From the NCBI GenBank assembly GCA_026396115.1, contig JAPLXL010000004.1:19805-83804 (forward strand): 64,000 nt of DNA, in the 5' to 3' direction. The notes below the pieces were generated by a model. That model saw only the letters and a program-made list of their open reading frames with translations. It had not been told where the DNA came from and made no database searches. Origin of the DNA: Candidatus Nealsonbacteria bacterium. Lineage in GTDB: Bacteria > Patescibacteriota > Minisyncoccia > Minisyncoccales > RBG-13-42-11. Made by a program: the position numbers and the translations under genes. Positions 27,270 through 36,915 of the stretch are shown here, one piece after another (the stretch's first letter is position 1; every line of letters begins with the position of its first letter).

Positions 27270-27980
27270 ATGAAGATAACCGAACGCCAGGAAAAAATAT
27301 TAAATACCATAGTTCAGGAGTATATTATTTCAGCTCAGCCAGTAAGTTCCCAATTACTTGAAAAAAGGCACAATTTTGGAATTTGCCCGGCCACCATCAG
27401 AATTGAGATGCAAAGACTGACCGACGGAGACTTTATTTTTCAGCCTCACACCTCGGCTGGAAGAGTGCCCACCGACAAAGGTTATAGGTTTTTTGTTGAC
27501 AATTTATTAGAGAAAGGGGTTTCAGAATTTGAAGATGTTTTTGAAATAGAAGACATTTTTCATGGAGCGAAAAAAGATATCTTTAAGCTGGCAAGTCGTT
27601 TAACAAAATTTTTGGCCGAGGAATCTTCAAACTTTACAATTTTAAATCTTTTAGAGAGAGATTTTTTTTGGAAAGAGGGTTGGGAAGAAATATTGCGAGA
27701 GCCCGAATTTGAAGAAAAAGATTTAATTCCTAATTTCACTGAACTTTTAGAAAGCTTTGAAGAAAACATTGAAAATTTGAAAATAAATTCTGGAATTAAG
27801 ATTTACATTGGTAAAGAAAATCCATTTTCAAAAACAAAAGATTTTAGTATAATATCTTCTAAGTGTTATTTACCCGATGATGAAACAGCTGTTTTAGCTC
27901 TTTTGGGACCAAAGAGAATGGACTATGATAGAAATATTAGTTTGATCAATTACTTAGTAAGGGCGTTGGAAAATTTTTAA
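27270..27980 (+). CDS. hrcA: Heat-inducible transcription repressor HrcA (short form)
   Basis: N-terminal winged-helix block ERQEKILNTIVQEYI..PVSS..; first gene of the chaperone operon; ATG 27270 preferred over TTG 27267. Confidence 0.85.
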   Translation: MKITERQEKILNTIVQEYIISAQPVSSQLLEKRHNFGICPATIRIEMQRLTDGDFIFQPHTSAGRVPTDKGYRFFVDNLLEKGVSEFEDVFEIEDIFHGAKKDIFKLASRLTKFLAEESSNFTILNLLERDFFWKEGWEEILREPEFEEKDLIPNFTELLESFEENIENLKINSGIKIYIGKENPFSKTKDFSIISSKCYLPDDETAVLALLGPKRMDYDRNISLINYLVRALENF

Positions 27981-27997
27981 TACCGCGGAAAATAAAA

Positions 27998-28546
27998 ATG
28001 GAAGAAAAAAAAGAGGAAATTAAAAAAGAACTAAATATCGAGGAATTGAAAAAGAAATTAGAGGAGTGTCAGAAGTTAAAGGAAGAGTATTTGGCTGGTT
28101 GGCAGAGAGCCAGAGCAGACCTCTTGAATTATAAAAAAGAAGAAATAGAAAGAATAGAGGAGATTTTAAAGTATGGCGGGGAAGAGTTTATTTTGAAAAT
28201 TCTGCCAATTTTGGATAATTTTGATTTGGCAGAAAAAAAACTGCCAGAAGATTTAAAAAACAACGATAGCATAAAAGGATTATTACAGATTAAAACTCAG
28301 ATTTTAGATTTTTTAAGAATCCAAGGGGTTGAAGAAATAAAAACAATAGGAGAAAAATTTGATCCAAATTTTCACGAGGCGGTAGAGCAGGTCGAAGAAA
28401 GCAAGCTTTCTTCTTCCCCCTCAGCTTTCGCTCGGGAGATTGAAGCAAAAGACAAGGACTCGGGCATTATTGTTGAAGAAGTCCAAAAAGGATATAAAAT
28501 TAACGGCAGGCTCTTGAAGCCCGCCAAAGTCAAAGTCGTAAAATAA
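27998..28546 (+). CDS. grpE: Nucleotide exchange factor GrpE (with repeat insert)
   Basis: RARADLLNYKKE, ILPILDNFD, FDPNFHEAV blocks; insert between HEAV..Q and the C-terminal beta domain. Confidence 0.9.
   Translation: MEEKKEEIKKELNIEELKKKLEECQKLKEEYLAGWQRARADLLNYKKEEIERIEEILKYGGEEFILKILPILDNFDLAEKKLPEDLKNNDSIKGLLQIKTQILDFLRIQGVEEIKTIGEKFDPNFHEAVEQVEESKLSSSPSAFAREIEAKDKDSGIIVEEVQKGYKINGRLLKPAKVKVVK
28391..28437 (+). repeat. GCPE repeat, short form, in frame in grpE
   Basis: GTCGAAGAAAGCaaGCTTTCTTCTTCCCCCTCAGCTTTCGCTCGGGA, read as VEESKLSSSPSAFARE. Confidence 0.85.
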
Positions 28547-28554
28547 TCTTAATT

Positions 28555-28607
28555 ACCGAGCTTTCGCACAGCGAAAGCGAAGGTAGAGAAGAAGGAATCT
28601 TCTTCGA
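28555..28607 (-). repeat. GCPE repeat, full form (grpE-dnaK spacer)
   Basis: ACCGAGCTTTCGCacaGCGAAAGCGAAGGTAGAGAAGAAGGAatCTTCTTCGA. Confidence 0.9.
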
Positions 28608-28613
28608 TTAACA

Positions 28614-28634
28614 ATTAACTATTAACTATTAACT
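28614..28634 (+). repeat. Tandem heptamer ATTAACT x3 abutting the dnaK start
   Basis: ATTAACT ATTAACT ATTAACT ATG. Confidence 0.9.
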
Positions 28635-30515
28635 ATGTCAAAAATTATCGGTATTGATTTGGGAACCACCTTTTCAGTTATGGCTGTGATAGAAGGTGGA
28701 GAACCAAAAATTATTGAAAATAAAGAAGGGGGGAGAATCACTCCTTCGGTTGTGGCTATTACCAAAAGCGGAGAAAGGTTGGTTGGTATTTTAGCCAGAA
28801 GGCAGCAGATAACAAACCACCAAAATACTATTTTTTCAATCAAAAGATTGATGGGTCGTCGTTATTCTGCCCCCGAAGTTCAAAGAGATAAAAAACTTTT
28901 GCCTTACCAAATTAAAGAATCTTCTGATGGGGGAATAGAAGTAAAAATTGGAGATAAATGGTATAAACCCCCAGAAATTTCAGCTATGATTTTGCGAAAA
29001 CTAAAACAGGATGCCGAAGAAAAATTGGGAGAAAAAATTGATGAAGCTATTATTACTTGTCCTGCTTATTTTGATGATTCTCAGAGGAAGGCTACCAAGG
29101 TAGCTGGTGAGGTAGCTGGTTTTAAGGTGAGGAGAATTATTAACGAACCGACCGCTGCTGCTTTAGCTTATGGTTTAACTAAAAAGAAAGACCATCAGAT
29201 TATTGTTTACGATTTTGGTGGCGGAACTTTTGATATTTCTGTTTTGAACATTGGAAAGGATACAGGAGAGGATACAATTGAAGTTAAAGCCACCGGAGGA
29301 AACACTCATCTTGGGGGCGATGATTTTGACCAGAGGATAATGGATTGGCTGGTTGCGGAATTTAAGAAAGACCAGGGAATTGATTTGTCAAAAGACCAAT
29401 TGGCCCTGCAAAGATTAAAGGAAGCTGCTGAAAAAGCAAAGATGGAATTGTCCTCTGTTTTGGAGGCCGAAATTAATCTGCCTTTTATTTCAGCTGATTC
29501 TTCCGGGCCAAAACATTTGCTTTATAAATTAACCAGAGCTCAGTTGGAAAATATGGTTTCCGATTATATCGAAGAATCGATTGGCTTGCTGAAAAAGACC
29601 CTTAAGGAGGCGAATTTAAAGCCGGGAGATATTGAAGAAATAGTTTTGGTTGGCGGCCAGACCAGAATGCCTAAGATTCAACAAGAAATTAAAAAATTCT
29701 TCGGTAAAGAACCTTATAAAGAAATAAACCCCGATGAAGTGGTGGCAATTGGAGCGGCAGTTGAAGCCGGAATTTTGCAGGGAGAAATGAAAGAAGTTTT
29801 ACTGTTGGATGTTACTCCTCTTTCTCTGGGAATTGAAACCTTAGGCGGAGTAAGCACTGTTTTAATTCCAAAAAATACAACCGTTCCTACTGCCAAGACT
29901 CAGGTCTTTTCTACGGCTGCCGATAATCAGACATCGGTGGAAATTCACGTTTTACAAGGAGAACGGCCAATGGCTCAAGATAATAAAAGCTTGGGCAGAT
30001 TTATGCTGGACGGCATTCCTCCTTCACCCAGAGGAGTTCCTCAAATTGAAGTAACTTTTGACATTGATGCTAACGGCATTTTAAATGTTACGGCCAAGGA
30101 CAAGGCCACTGCTAAATCGCAATCAATTAGAATAGAAGGGTCTACCGGCATAACAAAAGAGGAGGTAGAAAGAATGAAAAAGGAAGCAGAAATGCACTCA
30201 GCCGAAGACAAAAAGAAACAAGAATTGATTGAGGCTAAAAACACGGCAGATAATCTTGTTTATACAACAGAGAAAACTTTAAAAGAATCTGGAGATAAAG
30301 TGTCAGCCGAAATTAAAAAAGAAATTGAAGAAAAGGTTGAAGCTTTGAAAAAAGTAAAAGATAGTGATAATATAGAAAACATTAAGCAAAATAGCGCAGA
30401 GTTATCTCAAACTATTCAGAAAATCGGAGCAGAATTGTATAAAGCCAGCCAGGAGAAAAAACCTGGTGAGGGCGAAGAACCAAAAGCCGAAGAAGGAGAA
30501 TACAAAACTCAATGA
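28635..30515 (+). CDS. dnaK: Chaperone DnaK (Hsp70)
   Basis: [26 protein letters not shown] signatures; 626 aa. Confidence 0.98.
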   Translation: MSKIIGIDLGTTFSVMAVIEGGEPKIIENKEGGRITPSVVAITKSGERLVGILARRQQITNHQNTIFSIKRLMGRRYSAPEVQRDKKLLPYQIKESSDGGIEVKIGDKWYKPPEISAMILRKLKQDAEEKLGEKIDEAIITCPAYFDDSQRKATKVAGEVAGFKVRRIINEPTAAALAYGLTKKKDHQIIVYDFGGGTFDISVLNIGKDTGEDTIEVKATGGNTHLGGDDFDQRIMDWLVAEFKKDQGIDLSKDQLALQRLKEAAEKAKMELSSVLEAEINLPFISADSSGPKHLLYKLTRAQLENMVSDYIEESIGLLKKTLKEANLKPGDIEEIVLVGGQTRMPKIQQEIKKFFGKEPYKEINPDEVVAIGAAVEAGILQGEMKEVLLLDVTPLSLGIETLGGVSTVLIPKNTTVPTAKTQVFSTAADNQTSVEIHVLQGERPMAQDNKSLGRFMLDGIPPSPRGVPQIEVTFDIDANGILNVTAKDKATAKSQSIRIEGSTGITKEEVERMKKEAEMHSAEDKKKQELIEAKNTADNLVYTTEKTLKESGDKVSAEIKKEIEEKVEALKKVKDSDNIENIKQNSAELSQTIQKIGAELYKASQEKKPGEGEEPKAEEGEYKTQ

Positions 30516-30564
30516 ATCTTCGATTCATTTCGTACTTTCAATGAATTTTCAATTCATCTCGGTG
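30511..30564 (+). repeat. GCPE-architecture variant with TGAAT arms (dnaK-dnaJ spacer)
   Basis: ATGAATCttcGATTCAT-TTCGTACTTTC-AATGAATTttcAATTCAT-CTCGGTG. Confidence 0.6.
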
Positions 30565-30591
30565 AGAAATAACATACAGTGTTTTTAATAT

Positions 30592-31674
30592 ATGGCAAAG
30601 GATTATTATCAAATTTTAGGCGTTTCTCGGAATTCTTCCCCGGAAGATATAAAAAAGGCCTATTATAAACTGGCTCACAAATATCATCCTGACAAAGGCG
30701 GAGATGAGAAGAAATTTAAGGAAATAAACGAGGCTTATCAAACTCTTTCAAATAAAGAGAAAAAAGCCCAGTATGATAAGTTTGGCAGAATATTTGAAGA
30801 AGGGGCCGGTTTTGAGCCGGGATTTGACTTTGGTTCTGCCTGGGGGAGGCAGGGCATGGATTTTGAATTTGATTTTGGGGATTTAAGCGATTTAATGGAA
30901 GATTTTTTTGGATTCGGAGCTGGCAAACAAAAAAAAGATTTTAAACGAGGAAAAGATATTGAAATTGAGATGGAGCTTCCCCTAGAGGACGTTCTTAAGG
31001 ATAGAGAAAAAAAGATTGTTTTACAAAAATTCATTTCTTGTTCCAGATGTCAGGGAGTTGGAGCAGAGCCAGGAACCAATATTAAAGAATGTTTTTCCTG
31101 CCGGGGAACGGGTTGGGTCCAGCAAATTAAAAGAACACCCTTCGGTTCTTTCACCAGAAGCATGACTTGTCCTGAATGCGGCGGGGAAGGATTTAGGCCG
31201 GAAAAAATTTGTAATGTTTGTAAGGGAGAAGGGAGAATAAAAGGACAAGAAGAGATTAAAATTTTCATCCCGGCCGGAGTAGATACAAATCAAGTAATTA
31301 AAGTTGAGGGCAAGGGAGAAGCCGGCAGGAGAGCGGGAAAACCGGGCAATTTATATATTAGAATTTTTGTCAAACCTGATCCAATTTTTCAAAGAAAAGG
31401 AGATGATTTATATGTTAAAACTCCAATTTCTCTTACTCTGGCTGTTTTGGGTGGCGAGGTAGAAATGTCAATTTTAGACGAAACAAAAATTTTAGTTAAT
31501 ATTTCGGCAGGCACAGAGTCGGGAAAGATATTAAAAATTTCAGGAAAAGGCATTCCTCGATTTTCAGGTTTTGGCAGAGGAAATATGTATGTTGAATTGA
31601 TTGTAAAAATACCGGGAAAACTGACGAAAAAACAAAAAGAACTATTAGAGCAATTAAGAGAAGAAGGTATTTAA
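30592..31674 (+). CDS. dnaJ: Co-chaperone DnaJ
   Basis: J domain with HPD, G/F region, four CxxCxGxG zinc motifs. Confidence 0.96.
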   Translation: MAKDYYQILGVSRNSSPEDIKKAYYKLAHKYHPDKGGDEKKFKEINEAYQTLSNKEKKAQYDKFGRIFEEGAGFEPGFDFGSAWGRQGMDFEFDFGDLSDLMEDFFGFGAGKQKKDFKRGKDIEIEMELPLEDVLKDREKKIVLQKFISCSRCQGVGAEPGTNIKECFSCRGTGWVQQIKRTPFGSFTRSMTCPECGGEGFRPEKICNVCKGEGRIKGQEEIKIFIPAGVDTNQVIKVEGKGEAGRRAGKPGNLYIRIFVKPDPIFQRKGDDLYVKTPISLTLAVLGGEVEMSILDETKILVNISAGTESGKILKISGKGIPRFSGFGRGNMYVELIVKIPGKLTKKQKELLEQLREEGI

Positions 31675-31683
31675 ATGGCGCGT

Positions 31684-31755
31684 GCCCCCGTAGCTCAATG
31701 GTAGAGCAGCACCCTTTTAAGGTGATGGTTTCCCGTTCGAGTCGGGATGGGGGCA
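31684..31755 (+). tRNA. tRNA-Lys (anticodon UUU)
   Basis: Hand-folded cloverleaf, 72 nt: acceptor GCCCCCG/TGGGGGC, anticodon loop CTTTTAA, T-arm TCCCGTTCGAGTCGGGA. Confidence 0.88.
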
Positions 31756-31767
31756 TAAAATAAAAAA

Positions 31768-31793
31768 TACCCTTATGGGTAATTTTGATTTTT
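31768..31793 (+). terminator. Candidate intrinsic terminator after tRNA-Lys
   Basis: TACCCttaTGGGTA followed by ATTTTGATTTTT. Confidence 0.5.
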
Positions 31794-31829
31794 CTTGTTT
31801 TAAATATTTAATTATGGTAAATTAAGATA

Positions 31830-33062
31830 ATGTTTTTTAAATACCGACTGAAAAGAGGTGAAGAAGAGAACAAAGTTCTCTTCGCCCTAAAACAGAATTT
31901 TGTTTTAGTTTTTTTGATTTCAACTATATTGGTTGCTTTTATTTTCGGTTTTTGGTTTGGAAAATCCCAGGTTGTTTGTCAGTTTTGTTCTCCAGAAGAT
32001 GTAGATTTTTCACTTTTTTGGGAGGCCTGGAAAACCATTGAAGAGAAATACGTAGATAAGGAAAAAATTAATATTCAGGAAATGATTTACGGAGCAATCT
32101 CGGGTATGATAAAATCTTTAAATGACCCCTATACCGTGTTTTTAAAACCGGAAGACACCAAACGCTTTATGGAAGATGTGAAAGGAATGTTTGAGGGCGT
32201 GGGGATGGAAATTGATATTAGAGACGGGCAACTTCAAGTGATAGCTCCTTTGGAAGGAACGCCGGCCCAAGAAGCGGGATTGCGGTCCGGCGATATAATT
32301 CTCAAAGTTGATGGATACTCAACAATTGATATAACTGTAGATGAGGCCGTTGATTTAATTCGCGGCCCAAAAGGAACAGAGGTTATTTTAACGATTTACC
32401 GGGAAGAGTGGAAAGAATCAAAAGATATTAAAATAATAAGAAGAGTAATTGATATTCCTTCGTTAAAACTAGAAATTAGGGATGACCATATCGCTTATTT
32501 AAAACTTTATAATTTTTCTGAAAAAGCGGCTTATGATTTTAGCGATGCGGCAATTAAAATTTTGAACAGTACTTCTCAAAAAATAATTTTAGACCTTAGA
32601 AATAATCCCGGCGGTTATTTGGAGGTGGCTCAGGAAATTACGGGTTGGTTTTTGGAAAAAGGACAGATAGTGGTTATTGAAGATTTTGGCGAAGATAAAG
32701 AACAAAACAATTATTTGGCCGAGGGCAACGCCAAATTGGTTACTTATCCAATAGTGATATTGATTAACAAAGGGTCGGCTTCCGCTTCTGAAATTTTGGC
32801 AGGAGCTCTTAGAGACAATAGGGGAGTAAAAATAATCGGTGAAACCTCTTTTGGGAAAGGATCGGTTCAGGAATTAACCAAATTAAAAGGGAGTTCTTCT
32901 TTGAAAATAACTATTGCCAAATGGTTAACGCCAAATGGCGAGTTTATTACCGGTAAGGGATTGGAGCCGGACATAAAAGTAGAGATGACAACAGAAGATT
33001 ATGATGCAGGTCTGGATCCTCAAATGGATAAAGCTGTTGAAATAATAAAAGAAATAAATTAA
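31830..33062 (+). CDS. ctpA: Carboxy-terminal processing peptidase (S41 family)
   Basis: PDZ block ([20 protein letters not shown]), catalytic GSASASEI Ser and downstream Lys region; start uncertain because a repeat lies in codons 5-19. Confidence 0.85.
   Translation: MFFKYRLKRGEEENKVLFALKQNFVLVFLISTILVAFIFGFWFGKSQVVCQFCSPEDVDFSLFWEAWKTIEEKYVDKEKINIQEMIYGAISGMIKSLNDPYTVFLKPEDTKRFMEDVKGMFEGVGMEIDIRDGQLQVIAPLEGTPAQEAGLRSGDIILKVDGYSTIDITVDEAVDLIRGPKGTEVILTIYREEWKESKDIKIIRRVIDIPSLKLEIRDDHIAYLKLYNFSEKAAYDFSDAAIKILNSTSQKIILDLRNNPGGYLEVAQEITGWFLEKGQIVVIEDFGEDKEQNNYLAEGNAKLVTYPIVILINKGSASASEILAGALRDNRGVKIIGETSFGKGSVQELTKLKGSSSLKITIAKWLTPNGEFITGKGLEPDIKVEMTTEDYDAGLDPQMDKAVEIIKEIN
31843..31886 (-). 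repeat. GCPE repeat, partial (degenerate SL2, intact SL1) at the ctpA 5' end
   Basis: ACCGACTGAAAAGAGGTGAAGAAGAGAACaaaGTTCTCTTCGCC. Confidence 0.7.
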
Positions 33063-33069
33063 AATAGAA

Positions 33070-33123
33070 GTCGAAGAGAACAAAGTTCTCATCGACACCT
33101 TCGCTTCCTTCGGAAGCTCGGTA
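33070..33123 (+). repeat. GCPE repeat, full form (first of head-to-tail pair)
   Basis: GTCGAAGAGAACaaaGTTCTCATCGACACCTTC-GCTTCCttcGGAAGC-TCGGTA. Confidence 0.9.
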
Positions 33124-33180
33124 GGCGAAGAGGACAAAATCCTCTTCTTCCACCTCACTTCCATAAATGGAAGCTCGGTA
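33124..33180 (+). repeat. GCPE repeat, full form (second of pair)
   Basis: GGCGAAGAGGAcaaaaTCCTCTTCTTCCACCTCA-CTTCCataaatGGAAG-CTCGGTA; 6 nt before rplI ATG. Confidence 0.9.
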
Positions 33181-33186
33181 ACTGAT

Positions 33187-33639
33187 ATGCGAGTCATACT
33201 CCTTAAAGACGTTGAAAAAGTGGGGAAGAAGTTTGAAATTAAAGAAGTTAAAAATGGCTATGCCAGGAATTTTTTGATTCCCAAAGGTTTGGCAAAACTA
33301 GCTACCAAAGAAGTTTTAGAGTGGCTTGAGATTCAAAAAGAAATTCAAGAAAAAAAAGCAGAACAAGACCTTAAGAAAATTCAAGAATTTGCTTCAACCA
33401 TTGATGATTTGGAGATTGCTATTTCGGTAAGGACCGGAGAAGAGGGTCAACTTTTTGAATCAATTAATGCGCAAAAAATTTCTGAAAAATTAAAAGAAAT
33501 GGGTTTTGATATTAAAAAGACCCAGATTGAATTACCAGAACCCATTAAGGAAATTGGTGAATTCCCAATAAAAATTAAGCTCGAACATAATTTAGAGGTT
33601 GAAACCAGAGTAATAGTTGCTAAATTAGAAGAGGAATAA
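33187..33639 (+). CDS. rplI: 50S ribosomal protein L9
   Basis: [37 protein letters not shown]-terminal signature. Confidence 0.92.
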   Translation: MRVILLKDVEKVGKKFEIKEVKNGYARNFLIPKGLAKLATKEVLEWLEIQKEIQEKKAEQDLKKIQEFASTIDDLEIAISVRTGEEGQLFESINAQKISEKLKEMGFDIKKTQIELPEPIKEIGEFPIKIKLEHNLEVETRVIVAKLEEE

Positions 33640-33649
33640 ACAAATATTT

Positions 33650-35308
33650 ATGGCACGATTTATTTTCGTTGCGGGCGGTGTGATGTCCGGCATTGGCAAA
33701 GGGGTGGCCACAGCTTCAATTGGAAAAATTTTGCAAAGTAAAGGCTTTAAAGTGACTGCCATTAAGATTGACCCTTATATTAATGTTGATGCCGGAACAA
33801 TGAATCCCATTGAACACGGAGAGGTTTTTGTGACCAAGGATGGAGTGGAGTGCGATCAGGATGTAGGAAATTATGAAAGGTTTTTAAACGAGGAATTAAC
33901 CACAGAAAATTATATTACCACCGGCCGCGTTTATGAGACGGTAATTCGTAAAGAGAGGAATTTAGAATACGGAGGTAAGTGCGTAGAAGTCGTTCCTCAT
34001 ATTCCTGATGAAGTAATCTCCAGAATTCAAAAAGCGGCAAGGAAAACTAAGGCCGATTTTGTTTTAATAGAAATTGGCGGGACGGTAGGAGAATATCAAA
34101 ATCTTTTATTTTTAGAGGCTGGTAGAATGATGAAACTTCAACATCCAAAAGATGTTCTTTTTATTTTAGTAAGTTATTTGCCGGTTCCTCGAATAATCGG
34201 AGAGATGAAAACAAAACCTACTCAATATGCTGTCAGAACTTTGAATTCGGCCGGCATTCAACCCGATATAATTATTGCTCGCTCCGAGATGCCGCTGGAT
34301 CAGCCGAGAAAAAATAAAATATCTATTTTTTGCAACGTTCAAGAAAAAGACGTTATTTCGGCTCCGGACGCTGAATCAATTTACGAAGTTCCAATCAATT
34401 TTGAAAAAGATAATTTAGGAAAACTAATTTTAAAGAAATTTGGAATTAGGACAAAGAAAGAAAATCTGAAAGATTGGCAAAGATTAGTTAAAATCATCAA
34501 GAACGCAAAGAAAAAAGTAAAAATTGGTATTGTCGGCAAATATTTTAAAACCGGTGATTTCACTTTAACTGATTCTTATATTTCTGTTATTGAAGCTGTA
34601 AAGCATTCTGCCTGGTTTTACAAAACAAAGCCGGAATTAACTTGGCTATCAAGCGAAGTTTACGAAAAAAACGCAACAGCATTGAAAGAATTAAAAAATT
34701 TTGATGGTATAATTGTGCCGGGCGGTTTTGGCAATAGGGGAGTAGAGGGAAAGATAAAGGTGATTGAATATTGCCGAAAGAATAAAATTCCTTATTTGGG
34801 ACTTTGCTTAGGAATGCAGCTGGCAGTTGTTGAATTTGCCAGAAATATCTGTCAAATGAAAGACGCTCACACAACCGAGATTGTTGAACATTGTAAGTAT
34901 CCGGTAATTGATACTCTTTCTGAACAAAAAACATTGATTCGGGAAAAGAAATATGGGGGAACGATGAGGTTGGGCGAGTATCCTTGTCTGATTAAAAAAG
35001 GCAGCCGCGCTCATTTGGCTTACTTGAAATCTCGTCAAGGGGAACAAAACAAAAAAGGCGATATTCTAGTACAAGAACGACATCGCCATAGATATGAGTT
35101 AAATAACGAATTTAGAAAAAATTTAGAAGATAAGGGATTAATAATGTCGGGAATAAACCCGGAAAGAGATTTAGTAGAGATTATTGAAATTTCTCAGCAT
35201 CCCTTTTTTGTCGCTGTTCAGTTTCATCCTGAATTTAAATCAAAACCCTTAAGTCCCTCCCCTTTATTTAGAGAATTTATTAGAGCGGCTATTCACCGGA
35301 GCACATAA
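33650..35308 (+). CDS. pyrG: CTP synthase
   Basis: FVAGGVMSGIGKG N-terminus, GATase domain with GLCLGMQ and HRHRYE. Confidence 0.96.
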   Translation: MARFIFVAGGVMSGIGKGVATASIGKILQSKGFKVTAIKIDPYINVDAGTMNPIEHGEVFVTKDGVECDQDVGNYERFLNEELTTENYITTGRVYETVIRKERNLEYGGKCVEVVPHIPDEVISRIQKAARKTKADFVLIEIGGTVGEYQNLLFLEAGRMMKLQHPKDVLFILVSYLPVPRIIGEMKTKPTQYAVRTLNSAGIQPDIIIARSEMPLDQPRKNKISIFCNVQEKDVISAPDAESIYEVPINFEKDNLGKLILKKFGIRTKKENLKDWQRLVKIIKNAKKKVKIGIVGKYFKTGDFTLTDSYISVIEAVKHSAWFYKTKPELTWLSSEVYEKNATALKELKNFDGIIVPGGFGNRGVEGKIKVIEYCRKNKIPYLGLCLGMQLAVVEFARNICQMKDAHTTEIVEHCKYPVIDTLSEQKTLIREKKYGGTMRLGEYPCLIKKGSRAHLAYLKSRQGEQNKKGDILVQERHRHRYELNNEFRKNLEDKGLIMSGINPERDLVEIIEISQHPFFVAVQFHPEFKSKPLSPSPLFREFIRAAIHRST

Positions 35309-35322
35309 TTTATGTGCTCGGT
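35296..35322. terminator. Shared palindromic hairpin at convergent pyrG/rpmA ends
   Basis: CCGGAGCACATAAtttATGTGCTCGG; both stop codons lie in it and both proteins end in ..ST. Confidence 0.6.
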
Positions 35323-35591
35323 TCCACATTAACAATTTTCACTTTTCTTTTGGAGTTATCAAAACCAATTTTTCTTTTTGTGGTAAAACGAACGACCCCT
35401 TCTTTTAAAGCATAAAGAGTATCGTCTTTGCCGCGTTTGACATTTTTTCCGGGAAAAAACTTAGTGCCTCTTTGCCGAACAACAATGCTGCCAATTTTAG
35501 CTCGTTGGCCTTCAAAAAGTTTAACTCCCAAGTATTGAGGATGCGAATCCCTTCCTAATTTAGTTGCTCCTGCAGCTTTTGTCTTTGCCAT
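35310..35591 (-). CDS. rpmA: 50S ribosomal protein L27
   Basis: [34 protein letters not shown] signature. Confidence 0.94.
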   Translation of the reverse strand: MAKTKAAGATKLGRDSHPQYLGVKLFEGQRAKIGSIVVRQRGTKFFPGKNVKRGKDDTLYALKEGVVRFTTKRKIGFDNSKRKVKIVNVEPST

Positions 35592-35596
35592 AGTGA

Positions 35597-35866
35597 TTGC
35601 TTATGTTAACAAAAATAAAACAGTTTGTCAAAACTTATCAAACCGACATCATTTTAGTGATTGGCGTTGTTTTAATTTCTTTGCTTTCTTTTGCCATGGG
35701 TTATATTGTAGCAAAACAGCAAGAAAAGGAACCCATTAAAATTGAAAAAGGAGTTGAAGAAGAGTCCTTCTTCTCCACCTTCGCTTTCGCTACGCGAAAG
35801 CTCGATAGTCGAAGAGAGCTTCGCTCTCTTCTTTACCTTCGCTTCCTGCGGAAGCTCGGTGTATGA
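35597..35866 (+). CDS. Small membrane protein; C-terminal half is read-through of two repeats
   Basis: TM helix [22 protein letters not shown]; from about residue 52 the frame runs through repeats 35753-35861 with no stop until 35866. Confidence 0.4.
   Translation: MLMLTKIKQFVKTYQTDIILVIGVVLISLLSFAMGYIVAKQQEKEPIKIEKGVEEESFFSTFAFATRKLDSRRELRSLLYLRFLRKLGV
35753..35807 (+). repeat. GCPE repeat, full form (first of head-to-tail pair)
   Basis: GTTGAAGAAGAGtcCTTCTTCTCCACCTTC-GCTTTCGCtaCGCGAAAGC-TCGATA. Confidence 0.9.
35808..35861 (+). repeat. GCPE repeat, full form (second of pair)
   Basis: GTCGAAGAGAGCttcGCTCTCTTCTTTACCTTC-GCTTCCtgcGGAAGC-TCGGTG; 1 nt before ATG 35863. Confidence 0.9.
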
Positions 35867-36840
35867 AGATAGCAATAATTGGAGCAGGGATAAACGGGCT
35901 TTATCTGGCTTGGAAATTGGCTGAAAGGGGAGAGGAAGTAATTGTTTTTGAAAAGAGAGAAAAAATCGGCAAAGAGGCCTGTTCGGGACTGTTTTCAGAA
36001 AGAATTTTAGAATTTATTCCTCCCTCGTCGAGTCAAAGACGAGACGAAAGAAGAAAAACTTTTCTTCGCACCGAAATACAAAAATTAATTCAAAACCAGA
36101 TAAATTCCACTTTAATTCACTTTCCAGGGCGGACTTTTAAAATTAGATTTTCGAAAAAATTTTTTGTAATGGACCATTTTAAGTTAGATAATTTAGTTGC
36201 CGAATTAGCTCAAAAAGCGGGAGTAAAAATTATTTTAAATAATCATATAAATTTTTTGCCCGTAGGTTTTGATAGAATTATTGGTTGCGATGGTGCGGTA
36301 TCCCTTGTTAGAAAAATTCTAGGTCTAAAGGAACCGAATTATCGTTTGGCTATTCAAGGAGTTATTTCTAAAAGAGATTATTCCGATTTCGTTGAGACTT
36401 GGCCGGTAGACCAGGGGTTTATCTGGAAAATTCCGCGAGGGAAAGAAACAGAATATGGAATAATCGCCAGCCCCAAAGAGGCAAAGAAGGTATTTCAAGA
36501 TTTTTTAGCAAAAAACAAAATTTTTATAGAAAAAATATCTTCGGCACTGGTTCCTCGAGGGTTTTTAGCCCCTTTGAACAATCGGATTACTCTTTGTGGC
36601 GATGCTGTAGGTTTAACCAAACCTTGGTCAGGCGGAGGAGTTATATGGGGATTGATAGCTGCTGATTTACTCTTGAAAAATTTTCCAGATTTTTTAAAAT
36701 ATCAGAAAGAAATAAAAAGGTTTTTTTTACCAAAAATTATTTTTTCCAAAATCGCGACGAAAATGGTTTATTTTTTCGGATTTAATATTCCTTGGTTAAT
36801 ACCAAAAAATGTCAGAATTAAAAGCGATTTTTTAATCTAA
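35863..36840 (+). CDS. FAD-dependent oxidoreductase (geranylgeranyl reductase-like)
   Basis: Rossmann GxGxxG (IAIIGAGINGLYLA), GDA(A/V)G-like CGDAVGL; contains a fragment of the long repeat module. Confidence 0.7.
   Translation: MKIAIIGAGINGLYLAWKLAERGEEVIVFEKREKIGKEACSGLFSERILEFIPPSSSQRRDERRKTFLRTEIQKLIQNQINSTLIHFPGRTFKIRFSKKFFVMDHFKLDNLVAELAQKAGVKIILNNHINFLPVGFDRIIGCDGAVSLVRKILGLKEPNYRLAIQGVISKRDYSDFVETWPVDQGFIWKIPRGKETEYGIIASPKEAKKVFQDFLAKNKIFIEKISSALVPRGFLAPLNNRITLCGDAVGLTKPWSGGGVIWGLIAADLLLKNFPDFLKYQKEIKRFFLPKIIFSKIATKMVYFFGFNIPWLIPKNVRIKSDFLI
36024..36071 (+). repeat. Fragment of GCPE long-form inner module, in frame in oxidoreductase gene
   Basis: CTCGTCGAGTCAAAGACGAGACGAAAGAAGAAAAACTTTTCTTCGCAC (compare 12790-12832), read as SSSQRRDERRKTFLRT. 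Confidence 0.8.
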
Positions 36841-36860
36841 ATTATAATAATGTCTCACGG

Positions 36861-36915
36861 GGCGGAGAGAACTTCGTTCTCTTCTTCCACTTCGTTCCCA
36901 TAAATGGAAACTCAG
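36861..36915 (+). repeat. GCPE repeat, full form; uppS ATG lies in the SL2 loop
   Basis: GGCGGAGAGAACttcGTTCTCTTCTTCCACTTC-GTTCCCataaATGGAAAC-TCAGC. Confidence 0.85.
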
